64,000 nt of DNA, taken from contig CAIJMI010000004.1 of the NCBI GenBank assembly GCA_903821745.1, forward strand, positions 4,589-68,588, written 5' to 3'. This DNA comes from Candidatus Gottesmanbacteria bacterium. Lineage in GTDB: Bacteria > Patescibacteriota > Microgenomatia > UBA10105 > UBA927. Under the pieces are notes generated by a model. That model saw nothing but the letters and a program-made list of their open reading frames with translations. It ran no database searches and was not told the origin of the DNA. Below are positions 33,353 to 42,568 of the stretch, in pieces (positions within the stretch are counted from its first letter, which is position 1; each line of letters opens with the position of its first letter). Position numbers and translations under genes: made by a program.

Positions 33353-34630
33353 TTAAAAAATAGTTTCTTGCTCGCCAACTGCACTGACGAGTGCCTTATC
33401 TTTTTCGCTTTTCCATATTTTAACAACACCAAATATGCCGTCATATCCAGGATCAATGACAATATCGCCGGATCTCACTTTTTTTATTCCGTCAGCAATT
33501 TCTGGCGTTGATACGCGCTTAATCTCATCAAGTGACGCATCAATTAAAATATGGAACTCAGTGTTAAACTCCTTTAACAGTGCGTCGTACTGAATCGCAA
33601 CTTTCGGACTGGTCACCGGTCGTCCGATTGCCTCACCAATAATTTCAACAAGTGGAACAAGCATAGTAAATGGCGGACGATTCGGTGCTTTGGTTCCGAA
33701 GGGTTTCGTTGCAAGTTGCTCCACGCGCTGCATGACGCCCTGCGTTAAGGGTTTACCACACACGGAACATGTCGTACCTTTTTGCACGACTTCTTCAGGA
33801 GTTAACCGGATATGACAATCCCGATGTCCCGTAAAATGGTACTTCCCTTCTTCTGGATAAAACTCAATGGTTGATACAACCCGTGGTTTTTTAAGATCAT
33901 TTGTATAGTTCATTAGTGCTTTTTTAATATTTGTGTAGGACAGTGTTGGCAGATCAAAAATCGTTGCTTCGCGGCCGAGCTTTGGACCGCTATGCGCATC
34001 GGACGAGGAAATAATCGACCGAGTATCGAGTTCTCCAATGCGCCAATTCATATTGGGACTACTGGATAATCCCGTTTCTACGGCATAGATATTTTTTTCG
34101 TACTTCCCAAATGCTTCTTTCAAACTGTCAAATCCACCCATGGATCCGTAGACCGAAAACCATGGAGTCCAAATGTGAGCAGGAACGATTAACGCTTCAG
34201 GCTCAATTGTGAAAATAAGTTCTGCTAAACGAATGAGCGTAAATCCTAAAATTGGCCGTCCGTCAGACAACACATTACCGCCTTGTTTGGTAATTTCCTG
34301 ACTGATGTTAACGGCTGATGCAATGGATGGAACCCACACCAGGACATGAACCCGTCGGGTTTTTCCATTTTGAGAAAAAATACAGGAAAGTTCGGTTGAA
34401 AGCAAAAAGAACGGCCCGTCTTTCGTTGTTTTCAATCGCAACAATCCGTTTCCCACTTCTTCCAAGTTCTGTTCAATTTCCTGCATCCACAATGGATGTG
34501 TCCAATCTCCAGTTGCCAACAGCCCGATGCCTTTTTTCACTCCCCAAGCCGCGAGGTTTTGAATAGTCATCTCTCGAGAAACTGCTCGTGAAAAACGGGA
34601 ATGAAGATGAAGATCGGCAATAATGTGCAT
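33353..34630 (-). CDS. PHP-domain protein, endonuclease Q-like (TIGR00375-type) with internal C4 zinc ribbon
   Basis: N-terminal PHP motif MHIIADLHLHSRFS, PAHIWTPWFSVYG and SSSDAHS segments, CSVCGKPL zinc ribbon; ~425 aa like archaeal EndoQ. Assignment from remembered family features. Confidence 0.5.
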   Translation of the reverse strand: MHIIADLHLHSRFSRAVSREMTIQNLAAWGVKKGIGLLATGDWTHPLWMQEIEQNLEEVGNGLLRLKTTKDGPFFLLSTELSCIFSQNGKTRRVHVLVWVPSIASAVNISQEITKQGGNVLSDGRPILGFTLIRLAELIFTIEPEALIVPAHIWTPWFSVYGSMGGFDSLKEAFGKYEKNIYAVETGLSSSPNMNWRIGELDTRSIISSSDAHSGPKLGREATIFDLPTLSYTNIKKALMNYTNDLKKPRVVSTIEFYPEEGKYHFTGHRDCHIRLTPEEVVQKGTTCSVCGKPLTQGVMQRVEQLATKPFGTKAPNRPPFTMLVPLVEIIGEAIGRPVTSPKVAIQYDALLKEFNTEFHILIDASLDEIKRVSTPEIADGIKKVRSGDIVIDPGYDGIFGVVKIWKSEKDKALVSAVGEQETIF

Positions 34631-34635
34631 GAGTC

Positions 34636-35466
34636 TTATTCAAAAATATCCTGCATAAGTTTTTTCATTTTTCGCTCTGTTTGTTTAATGACGGTTGATT
34701 TTACATGTTTCTTTTTTCTTGAAAATATCTGTCCGCCCATTTCATACCCCTTCATGTTTTTTGGTACTCGTTTTGAAAACAGAATGGGCAAAATGGATCG
34801 AGTATATGCCTGAAGCACCTTTGCTGTCCCCTCTTTTCGGTATCTGCGAAGTGACCAAATATACAATGATTCCCGAATAATGGACAGCGAATGTCCTGCT
34901 TTTGTCATCCGCTGAGAAAAATCCTGATCCTCAAGGAATGGATGTTCAACGTCATATCCGCCAATAGATTGAAAGGTTGTTTTACGAACAATCGTAAACG
35001 GTCCTGGGGATATCGCTCGCTTAATGCTTTTAGAAAATTCAAAAAAGAAAATACCAAACAATGTTAACCGAACATCATTCACATCATCGCTATCCGGACT
35101 AAACCACGTGGTAAACAAGGATTCTTCAGATCCCACAATGTGTGCATGTAACCGTTCAAGGGTATACGAATACACAACGGTATCTGCATCAATAAAAATA
35201 AGCCAATCTCCTTTTGCCCGATCGGCACCATAATTTCTCTGGTATGGCAAACTTGCATGATCAGCAACGACAACGGTAAGATTTGGCACTTTTTGGGTAA
35301 ATGCCAATGCAACCGCGACGGTTTTATCTTTTGATTTTCCATCAACAACAATGACTTCAAAGTTTGTAAAATGCTGGTGGGAAAGACTCTCCAGAAGTTT
35401 TGGTAAAAAATGTTCTTCGTTCAGTGCTGGAATGATAACTGAAATAAACGGTTTTCCCATAGACAT
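34636..35466 (-). CDS. Family-2 glycosyltransferase
   Basis: ISVIIPALNEE...VIVVDGKSKDKT N-terminal GT-A motifs, DxD (FIDADT). Confidence 0.8.
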   Translation of the reverse strand: MSMGKPFISVIIPALNEEHFLPKLLESLSHQHFTNFEVIVVDGKSKDKTVAVALAFTQKVPNLTVVVADHASLPYQRNYGADRAKGDWLIFIDADTVVYSYTLERLHAHIVGSEESLFTTWFSPDSDDVNDVRLTLFGIFFFEFSKSIKRAISPGPFTIVRKTTFQSIGGYDVEHPFLEDQDFSQRMTKAGHSLSIIRESLYIWSLRRYRKEGTAKVLQAYTRSILPILFSKRVPKNMKGYEMGGQIFSRKKKHVKSTVIKQTERKMKKLMQDIFE

Positions 35467-35481
35467 CTTCGCATTATACGG

Positions 35482-36420
35482 CTATATGTGAAGCATTTCA
35501 AACAAAATAAATGCAATGTAAATAACAAAAAGCACAATTCCCTCGCGTCTTGTGATGTCTTTTTTCGATGATGCTGCCCAGAAAAAATAAACAGCAACCA
35601 AGGCCAGAATAATCAGAGTCATCCGCATGCGTTCATGATCGGGAACTGAGAATGGAGAAACAGTGCAGACAACCCCAAGAATAAGGGTATTAATGGCGCT
35701 GGAGCCTAAGATATCTCCAAATGCAACATCCTCTTTCTTTTTCATAATCGCTTCAACGGCCAGCGTAAATTCAGGCAAGTTCGTTCCAACACTTAAAAGA
35801 AACAATCCGATGACAAACGGAGGAATATTAAGCAGTGTTGCTGATAGTTCACTGATGGAAACAATATACCTCGATGCAAACGCCATACCGACAAGTCCAC
35901 CAACACCCAACAACACTGCATGACCGCCGTGTTTTACGTGTTTTGCATGCTGTTCAATGGTCGTTACGATATGTTGCTCTTTGTTGATATACAAAACGTG
36001 CACCAGATAAATGACAATAAGAATAATGCCTTCAAAGCGCGTGAGTTTCCCGTCCCACACAACAACCGCCGGAGCCAACATAACAAGTGAAGATAAACCG
36101 ATGTCCAATTTTGTCATCCCGTGATCAAGGTAAATGCGCCGCAATAAAATGGCACTGATCCCCATCACAAATGCAAGTTTAAAAATCACGCCGCCGAGCA
36201 AATTTCCGATAGAAAGTTGCGGCACATGGTCCATCACAGATTGAAACGCAACAAACATTTCAGGAATTGACGTAATAATTCCTAAAAGGAGAAAGGATAA
36301 AAGAAAACTTCTAATCTTTAAAGAATGCGCAAAATAAGAAACACCTTTGATCACCCAATCGGCGCTTTTCGCCAACAAGATGCTTAACAGTAAAAACGCG
36401 ATGATATACAAAATAATCAT
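35482..36420 (-). CDS. CaCA-family cation:proton/sodium antiporter (Na+/Ca2+ exchanger-like, YrbG-type)
   Basis: Two alpha-repeat motifs (GNLLGG...; GTNLPEF / GDILGSSAINTLIL), 10 TM segments. Confidence 0.8.
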   Translation of the reverse strand: MIILYIIAFLLLSILLAKSADWVIKGVSYFAHSLKIRSFLLSFLLLGIITSIPEMFVAFQSVMDHVPQLSIGNLLGGVIFKLAFVMGISAILLRRIYLDHGMTKLDIGLSSLVMLAPAVVVWDGKLTRFEGIILIVIYLVHVLYINKEQHIVTTIEQHAKHVKHGGHAVLLGVGGLVGMAFASRYIVSISELSATLLNIPPFVIGLFLLSVGTNLPEFTLAVEAIMKKKEDVAFGDILGSSAINTLILGVVCTVSPFSVPDHERMRMTLIILALVAVYFFWAASSKKDITRREGIVLFVIYIAFILFEMLHI

Positions 36421-38144
36421 GATTTCACTGATTCTTGATTGTGATACATAACTTCAAGCTCTCCCACCGTCGTCACTTGATTTGCATTTTTATCGGTACG
36501 TATCCGAACAAGCCTTGGGAATCGGAGTGCAAATTTAGCGCCGTGTGACGGGGACTTTGTAATATCGTCAGCCGCAATCTCAACAACAATTGCTGGACTC
36601 ACCCACACATCAGGAAGAAATATTTTATCAACATCCGCGTAAGTCTTTGGTTTTTCTTTTGACGACTCCCGGTTAAATGCTGTTTTCATTTCTTTCCATA
36701 GTTCATCTGATACCCCAGTGCCAATTTTTGTCATCGTCACAAATGTTTCGCCTTTTTTTACCCCAACCAAAAACGCACCGATGCCAAAATCCGTCCGTTT
36801 CCCTTCTCCTTTGTAATACCCCATGACCACAGCATCAATGGTATCTGCCAGTTTTCCCACTTTATTTTCTTCCTTAAATTTCACCCAGGTAAAACCACGC
36901 CGACCTGGTTCATACATTCCTTCCCATTTTTTAACAACCACTCCCTCAAGTCCTTTTTCAATCTGTTCGGTGTGATATGTGCGAAGCGTTGCAATATCAT
37001 CTGTAACAATATGGGGCGAAACAGAAAGTATTGGCCCTTTGGTAATAGTTTCTTCCAGTAGTTCCCGACGCTTGGAAAGTGGCGTTCCCATAAGATCTTT
37101 TCCATTTTTTGACAAGATATCAAACACAAAAAACCGAAGGGGAACGCTTTGTGTGGCACCTACAATATTATGTTTTCGTTTTCTAGTCATGGTTTCCTGA
37201 AATGGGATAATGCGATGTGTTTTTTCATCATACCCAACCGCTTCACTGTCAAGAATCACGCTTTCAGCATGAATCTGACCGGCAATTTTTTTGAGTTCCG
37301 GATACATAGCGGTCGTATTTTCTAAATTTCTGGAATAACTCGAGACCGTTACACCGTCTTTTGTTTTCTGAAAATGAATCTGTGTCCGCACGCCATCATA
37401 TTTTGGCTCAACATCCACATTTCCCATTTTTTTAATCATCTCTTCTGCATTGGGAAGCCGCTGACACAAAGCTGCAAGAATTGGTGCACCGACACGCGCT
37501 TCAACGTGAGAGATGCCAGCCATACCGTGAATTTTAAGTTTCGTTGCAATATATCCCAAATCCGGACGGACATCATATGCCGCTTCAATTGCATCACGGT
37601 TTGATTTATCTTTTGTCAGCATGAAAGACAATGCATCAATCATCGTCATATCCGAAAATCCAAGCCGCAGTTTATCAAGCGGTATACGAACCAAAAATCG
37701 AACTGCAAGAGAATGGGAAGAAGAAAGCAGATTTGAAAGTGTTTGAACTTTTTGCTCCTGCGATCCTGCGCCCCCAAGCTCAGCAATTGCTTTTAACTTT
37801 AAAAAAACGTCATGTACGGAAATGGTTGTTTCTTGTTTTTGGTGCGTTTTTGCAATCTCTTCAGCTGCAATACCAAGATCTCCATATTTTTTAAACAGAG
37901 TCGTAACGTGGGATTCATCTTCATCATACGCAAGGGCAATTGCGCGAATCATCAGTTTATCTGCAACACCAAATTCAATGGCTTCATAAAGAGGCGCAAC
38001 TCTCCCCTGGAGAAGATAACAGATCTCCCCGATTTCTGATTCTTTTGAGTTTGAAAATAAATCAGCAAGAATCTCGGTCATCGTATTTCGCGATGGAGTT
38101 CCTTCAAGTTTTTGAACAACAAGAGCAAGCGCTTGAAATGTCAT
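36417..38144 (-). CDS. lig: ATP-dependent DNA ligase
   Basis: Adenylation motif I KYDGVR (DVEPKYDGVRTQIH), DNA-binding, nucleotidyltransferase and OB domains; 575 aa. Confidence 0.85.
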   Translation of the reverse strand: MTFQALALVVQKLEGTPSRNTMTEILADLFSNSKESEIGEICYLLQGRVAPLYEAIEFGVADKLMIRAIALAYDEDESHVTTLFKKYGDLGIAAEEIAKTHQKQETTISVHDVFLKLKAIAELGGAGSQEQKVQTLSNLLSSSHSLAVRFLVRIPLDKLRLGFSDMTMIDALSFMLTKDKSNRDAIEAAYDVRPDLGYIATKLKIHGMAGISHVEARVGAPILAALCQRLPNAEEMIKKMGNVDVEPKYDGVRTQIHFQKTKDGVTVSSYSRNLENTTAMYPELKKIAGQIHAESVILDSEAVGYDEKTHRIIPFQETMTRKRKHNIVGATQSVPLRFFVFDILSKNGKDLMGTPLSKRRELLEETITKGPILSVSPHIVTDDIATLRTYHTEQIEKGLEGVVVKKWEGMYEPGRRGFTWVKFKEENKVGKLADTIDAVVMGYYKGEGKRTDFGIGAFLVGVKKGETFVTMTKIGTGVSDELWKEMKTAFNRESSKEKPKTYADVDKIFLPDVWVSPAIVVEIAADDITKSPSHGAKFALRFPRLVRIRTDKNANQVTTVGELEVMYHNQESVKS

Positions 38145-38158
38145 TGGTTTATTTGGAG

Positions 38159-39202
38159 TTACCCTTTTAAGATATACCGCACACCTTTTGTTGAACCTTG
38201 TTTTTGTAATATTCCTTTTTTCATTAAGTCTTTGATTTCTCGAAGGACCGTATCTTCACTGATCATTGGAAATAGTTCAAAAAATGCTTTATTCTGTAAA
38301 AAGCCATTTTCCTGAATAAATTCAACGATTTTAATTTGCCGTTCCGATAAGGCCATCTGTTGACCACCTAATTGTTTTTTAATTTTTAAATCCGTGGAAA
38401 GATTTTTTACTTTTTCTTTAATGCGCGATAGTTCAATAGCCAAGCCTTCAATAAAATATTCCAGCCAGTGCGTGAGGTTCCCCTGCTCTGCAGCAACGCT
38501 TTGGAGTGCATTGTAATAATTTAATGGTTCCCGATCATAATATTCTTCAAGGGAAAAAAATCGTTTAATATCATACCCTTCACGAAACAGGACGAGTGTT
38601 GCAATTGCCCGTGCGACACGGCCGTTTCCGTCTAAAAACGGATGAATGCGGACAAGTTCATAATGCGTTATTCCAGCTTTGAGTGCCGAATGAATATCAT
38701 CGGGTGCTACGTTTTTAAGCCACAGCAAAAAATCAGACACTAAAAATGGAACTTCAACAGCTGGTGGCGGACGAAACGTAATTTCCCCAGTCTGACTGTT
38801 TTTCACAACAACCTGGGATTTCCGATATTCTCCAACAACGGCATCAGGTAAAATGCGATCCGCAATTAATGCATGAACGTGTTTAACGGTTTCGTCAGAA
38901 ATAGTATCGCCTTGAAATGATTCAATAAATTTCAATACATTTCGGTAATTTAAAACTTCCTGAATATCACGGTCCCGTCCGACAATTTTGGCACCCGCCA
39001 ATACCTTTTCTGCTTCCGTAAAGTTGAGTTCATTGCCTTCAATATGTGTTCCATGATGGACCGTTCGAACGATTGCTTCTTCTCGAAACTTTGCTTCCCA
39101 TGCAGGAACGAGTGGTGCATTTTCAATAATTTCTTTCGCGGCTTCTATGACGCCGATATTTTTCAATATGTTATTTGTGATTATGAAGTTTGGTGTATAC
39201 AT
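38159..39202 (-). CDS. Fic-family protein (AMPylator-type) with C-terminal winged-helix domain
   Basis: Fic motif HPFLDGNGRVAR; inhibitory-helix-like GTHIEG N-terminal to the core; C-terminal HTH-like region. Start re-called to the ATG at Met23 (39200-39202). Confidence 0.8.
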   Translation of the reverse strand: MYTPNFIITNNILKNIGVIEAAKEIIENAPLVPAWEAKFREEAIVRTVHHGTHIEGNELNFTEAEKVLAGAKIVGRDRDIQEVLNYRNVLKFIESFQGDTISDETVKHVHALIADRILPDAVVGEYRKSQVVVKNSQTGEITFRPPPAVEVPFLVSDFLLWLKNVAPDDIHSALKAGITHYELVRIHPFLDGNGRVARAIATLVLFREGYDIKRFFSLEEYYDREPLNYYNALQSVAAEQGNLTHWLEYFIEGLAIELSRIKEKVKNLSTDLKIKKQLGGQQMALSERQIKIVEFIQENGFLQNKAFFELFPMISEDTVLREIKDLMKKGILQKQGSTKGVRYILKG

Positions 39203-39228
39203 ACTGGTAGTAGGTATATAATAGTAGT

Positions 39229-39489
39229 ATGGAAGCCAAAAAACAATCCAAGGCAATGGCAAAAGCAATGCTCAAGCAAATGATCGCTCTTTCTACAGCT
39301 GCATTTGGCCTTGTTGCAGCACTTGCATGGAATACAGTTATTCAACAAACCATTGATATGTACATAAAACCGTTCATGCCAAAAGGAAGTGTTATAGTGT
39401 CACAACTTGCGTATGCTCTTGTGGTGACAGCGCTTGCACTCCTCGTGACATATCTTCTCACGAAGATGAATGAAAGATTAGGAAAATAA
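39229..39489 (+). CDS. Small membrane protein (86 aa), hypothetical
   Basis: Two predicted TM helices; Lys-rich N-terminus. Confidence 0.4.
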   Translation: MEAKKQSKAMAKAMLKQMIALSTAAFGLVAALAWNTVIQQTIDMYIKPFMPKGSVIVSQLAYALVVTALALLVTYLLTKMNERLGK

Positions 39490-39491
39490 CG

Positions 39492-39902
39492 ATGAACACA
39501 CATTTTATGAACAAAGGAACGGTTTTTATTACTATACTGCTTATTGTACTTATCATTGCATCACTGATCATTTCAGGAAGTATTATTGTACGCAGCCTAG
39601 CAAAACCTATTCAGCCGACCATACCCATTACACCAACCCTAAACCAAAACCAAACATGTCAACAGAACGGCAACACGTATGGTCCCGGGGAATCCGTACC
39701 ATCGTCAGACACATGTAATACGTGCAGTTGTGATAATGGACAAATTGCGTGCACCGCAATGGCGTGCACAACAACATTTTCCTGTCCAGACAACGGTTGG
39801 GTGGATTGCATGCCAGGACCGGATATAAAACCTGAATGTTCAACGGAAGCAATGATGTGGTATAAAAATAACTGCCCAAACTTCCAAGGTGCAGCGCTTT
39901 AA
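39492..39902 (+). CDS. Membrane-anchored cysteine-rich secreted protein (136 aa, 12 Cys in the C-terminal 85 aa)
   Basis: N-terminal signal anchor followed by a Thr/Pro linker and CxxC/CxC-dense domain (TCNTCSCDNGQIACTAMAC...). Confidence 0.4.
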   Translation: MNTHFMNKGTVFITILLIVLIIASLIISGSIIVRSLAKPIQPTIPITPTLNQNQTCQQNGNTYGPGESVPSSDTCNTCSCDNGQIACTAMACTTTFSCPDNGWVDCMPGPDIKPECSTEAMMWYKNNCPNFQGAAL

Positions 39903-40693
39903 ACAGTATTCAGCAATCGTTTCATTGTTTTTGGAATCTGATTGGCCAAATCTGTTGCATTAAAAAACGGTCCAACAGTTGTGTATAACGCATCCCCAGC
40001 CGCTTTGTTAATAATACTTGCTGCAACTGCAGTAACAAACGGATCGTTTGTACAGGTAATAGCTGCCACAAGTCCTGCAAGAACATCTCCTGTTCCACCC
40101 TTGGTCATTCCAGCATTCCCACCAGAAATTATTTCTGTATGTTCTCCATCGGTTATTCTGTCCTGCGGACCTTTAAGCAAAAGAATGCAGTGATACTCTT
40201 TTGCAAATTGTTCTGGTGTCATCGCGTGTGTTTTTTGTACTAATGATGCAAATTCTTGATGATGTGGAGTGAGAATGGCATGTGGTGGAATAAGGTAAAC
40301 ATCCAGCATCTGTAACGCCCCCGCATCAATGACCCATTGTTTATGTGGATACTTCTTCAACAATACATTGGTAAGATTCTCCGTATCAGAAGATCGGTCC
40401 ATCCCTGGTCCAATAAGAATACAATCATCCTCTTCAATATATGCATCAATATCTTCTCTACGAATAACAATGCCATTTCGAAATTCCGTCTTTGCTTCTT
40501 GTACAATTTCGTTATTTTCGGGAACCGATGCATAATGCACCAAATCAACAATTCGTGATGCAACCGTCAGTGACCATAAACTTGCCGCATGAAAAAGAGA
40601 TGAGCCTCCAATGAGAAGAAGCCGCCCATTTTGTCCTTTGTGGGAAGTTGGATCTGCAAATTTCAGCTGTTGAAGGTATGTCGTACCTGCCAT
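39899..40693 (-). CDS. nnrD: ADP-dependent NAD(P)H-hydrate dehydratase (YjeF C-terminal domain)
   Basis: GPGMDRS and GGNAGMTKGGTGDVLAGLVAA motifs of the ribokinase-like YjeF_C family. Confidence 0.8.
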   Translation of the reverse strand: MAGTTYLQQLKFADPTSHKGQNGRLLLIGGSSLFHAASLWSLTVASRIVDLVHYASVPENNEIVQEAKTEFRNGIVIRREDIDAYIEEDDCILIGPGMDRSSDTENLTNVLLKKYPHKQWVIDAGALQMLDVYLIPPHAILTPHHQEFASLVQKTHAMTPEQFAKEYHCILLLKGPQDRITDGEHTEIISGGNAGMTKGGTGDVLAGLVAAITCTNDPFVTAVAASIINKAAGDALYTTVGPFFNATDLANQIPKTMKRLLNTV

Positions 40694-40705
40694 AGGTAAT
40701 ACCTA

Positions 40706-41803
40706 TTATACTGTTTTTTTACGGACTGGGAGTTGAACGATCTTCACGTCAGCTGTTTTTGTAAAGAGGTCAATAACATCTTCCTCAGCTGAGGTAATAA
40801 CGGTTTGTTGTTTTGAAATCACATCAAGGACAAGATGCCGACTGCCGCCATCGAGTTCTGAAAAAACATCATCAAGAAGCAATAGTGGACGATCCCCATT
40901 TTTTTCTTCAACAAACCGAAGTTCTGCAAGTTTTAACCACAGTACAGCTAACCGTTGTTCCCCTCGGGAACCAAATCTGGAAATATCAATATACGTGTTA
41001 TTGATGTCTATTTTCTCAAATCGGAAATCGTCACGCTGTGGACCAACCAGGGTTGATTTTGCAGCAATTTCTTCTTCTTTATACTGATCAAGTCGCGCTT
41101 CTGAAATGATGCTGGGATCATACACCAATCGATACTGAAGATCATCAAGGGTATACGTATTCACATGATCAATAAATCGTTTTCGTGCTTCCGTTATATA
41201 TGTCCCTGCTTTGATAAGCAGCTGATTCCAAAATAAAAGTTGTGATCTCGACGCTGTTCCTTCGTTGATTCGGTCTAGAAGCGAGTTTCTTTGCCGGAGT
41301 CCCCGCTCATAGGACTGTAAATTTCGTCGGTATTCCCGATCAACCTGCGAAATCACAAAATTCAAATATTCGCGTCTGATACTCGGACTATCTGTCACCA
41401 GCTCAAGGTCGGTTGGAGCAAACAGAACAACATGAATATTCCCAATAAAATCCAATTGCCGTCTAGGAATGCCGTTGACGAGATATTTTTTAATCTGTGT
41501 TTTTTGCCCATTTACAATTCCTGATGTAAGCATGACCTCAAGAATGGTTTCTTCATGTTCATGCTGCGGTACAGTTGGAACGACAATGCTTTTTACCCGC
41601 CCAACTTCCTCCCCCCACGTCACCATATCGCTGTCTCTCGTTGCCCGAAAGCTTTTGCCAATTGCTGAAAGCGTTACTGCTTCCAAAATATTTGTTTTTC
41701 CAATGGCATTGTTTCCGATAAACACGGTAACTGTTGGAGAAAATACAAACGACTGAGCAGGATAGATACGAAAATGTTGAAGGGTTATGCTCACCAAACG
41801 CAT
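40706..41803 (-). CDS. recF: DNA replication and repair protein RecF
   Basis: N-terminal Walker [20 protein letters not shown]-like signature and Walker B ([12 protein letters not shown]). Confidence 0.85.
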   Translation of the reverse strand: MRLVSITLQHFRIYPAQSFVFSPTVTVFIGNNAIGKTNILEAVTLSAIGKSFRATRDSDMVTWGEEVGRVKSIVVPTVPQHEHEETILEVMLTSGIVNGQKTQIKKYLVNGIPRRQLDFIGNIHVVLFAPTDLELVTDSPSIRREYLNFVISQVDREYRRNLQSYERGLRQRNSLLDRINEGTASRSQLLFWNQLLIKAGTYITEARKRFIDHVNTYTLDDLQYRLVYDPSIISEARLDQYKEEEIAAKSTLVGPQRDDFRFEKIDINNTYIDISRFGSRGEQRLAVLWLKLAELRFVEEKNGDRPLLLLDDVFSELDGGSRHLVLDVISKQQTVITSAEEDVIDLFTKTADVKIVQLPVRKKTV

Positions 41804-41848
41804 GGCCCTATTGTATCACGATGGGAAAACCCGTATAATAATGTTCTT

Positions 41849-41989
41849 ATGGCAACGAAACGCGTCTATCAACCAAGTAAAGTCAAACGAGCCCGCAAAC
41901 ACGGTTTTCGAGAACGAATGAAGACAAAAGGCGGCCGCAGAGTGTTAAAACGAAGACGATCAATCGGTCGAAAAGTTCTTACCGTGTAA
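41849..41989 (+). CDS. rpmH: 50S ribosomal protein L34
   Basis: [46 protein letters not shown]; start re-called to the internal ATG 41849. Confidence 0.85.
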   Translation: MATKRVYQPSKVKRARKHGFRERMKTKGGRRVLKRRRSIGRKVLTV

Positions 41990-41996
41990 CAAAGGT

Positions 41997-42326
41997 ATGC
42001 TTCCAAAATCATATCGTGTACCAAAAGAGGTGTTCTCCGTGGTACGAAAAACAGGGACACGAATCTTTACACCTGATTTTCAATTTATTGTACGGAAAAA
42101 TTCCGCTTCTTCCTCACGGATAGGAATTGTTATCCCAAAGCGTGTGGTAAAACATGCGGTAGCAAGAAACGCCATCAAACGACATATCAGAGATGCATTT
42201 GAGTCCCTCCAAGCAACGCTCACTGATACCATTGACATCCTTTGCTTTGTAAAACAGGATTGCACAAAAAAATCCTATGCGGATATCAAAAAAGAAATGT
42301 ACATCCTCCTGGCAAAAAAAACATGA
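41997..42326 (+). CDS. rnpA: RNase P protein component
   Basis: RNR-type motif region (AVARNAIKRHIRDAF); conserved position after rpmH. Confidence 0.8.
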   Translation: MLPKSYRVPKEVFSVVRKTGTRIFTPDFQFIVRKNSASSSRIGIVIPKRVVKHAVARNAIKRHIRDAFESLQATLTDTIDILCFVKQDCTKKSYADIKKEMYILLAKKT

Positions 42327-42568
42327 AACGCCTTGTTCTCAACATGATCCGGTTTTATCAAAAATATCTTTCCCTGGATACTGGTCTTGCCAAATCGTTG
42401 TGGATTACCGATAAAGTCTGTCGGTTTACACCAACCTGCAGCGAGTATACATATCAGGCAATCGATCGCTATGGTATAATAACCGGATCGTGGTTAGGGT
42501 TGAAGCGTATTATTCGATGTCACCCATGGAATAAAGGCGGATTCGATCCAATTCCCAAAACCTTATGA
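42323..42568 (+). CDS. yidD: Membrane protein insertion efficiency factor YidD
   Basis: CRFTPTCSEY motif; start re-called to ATG 42323 (4-nt overlap with rnpA). Confidence 0.8.
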   Translation: MKRLVLNMIRFYQKYLSLDTGLAKSLWITDKVCRFTPTCSEYTYQAIDRYGIITGSWLGLKRIIRCHPWNKGGFDPIPKTL

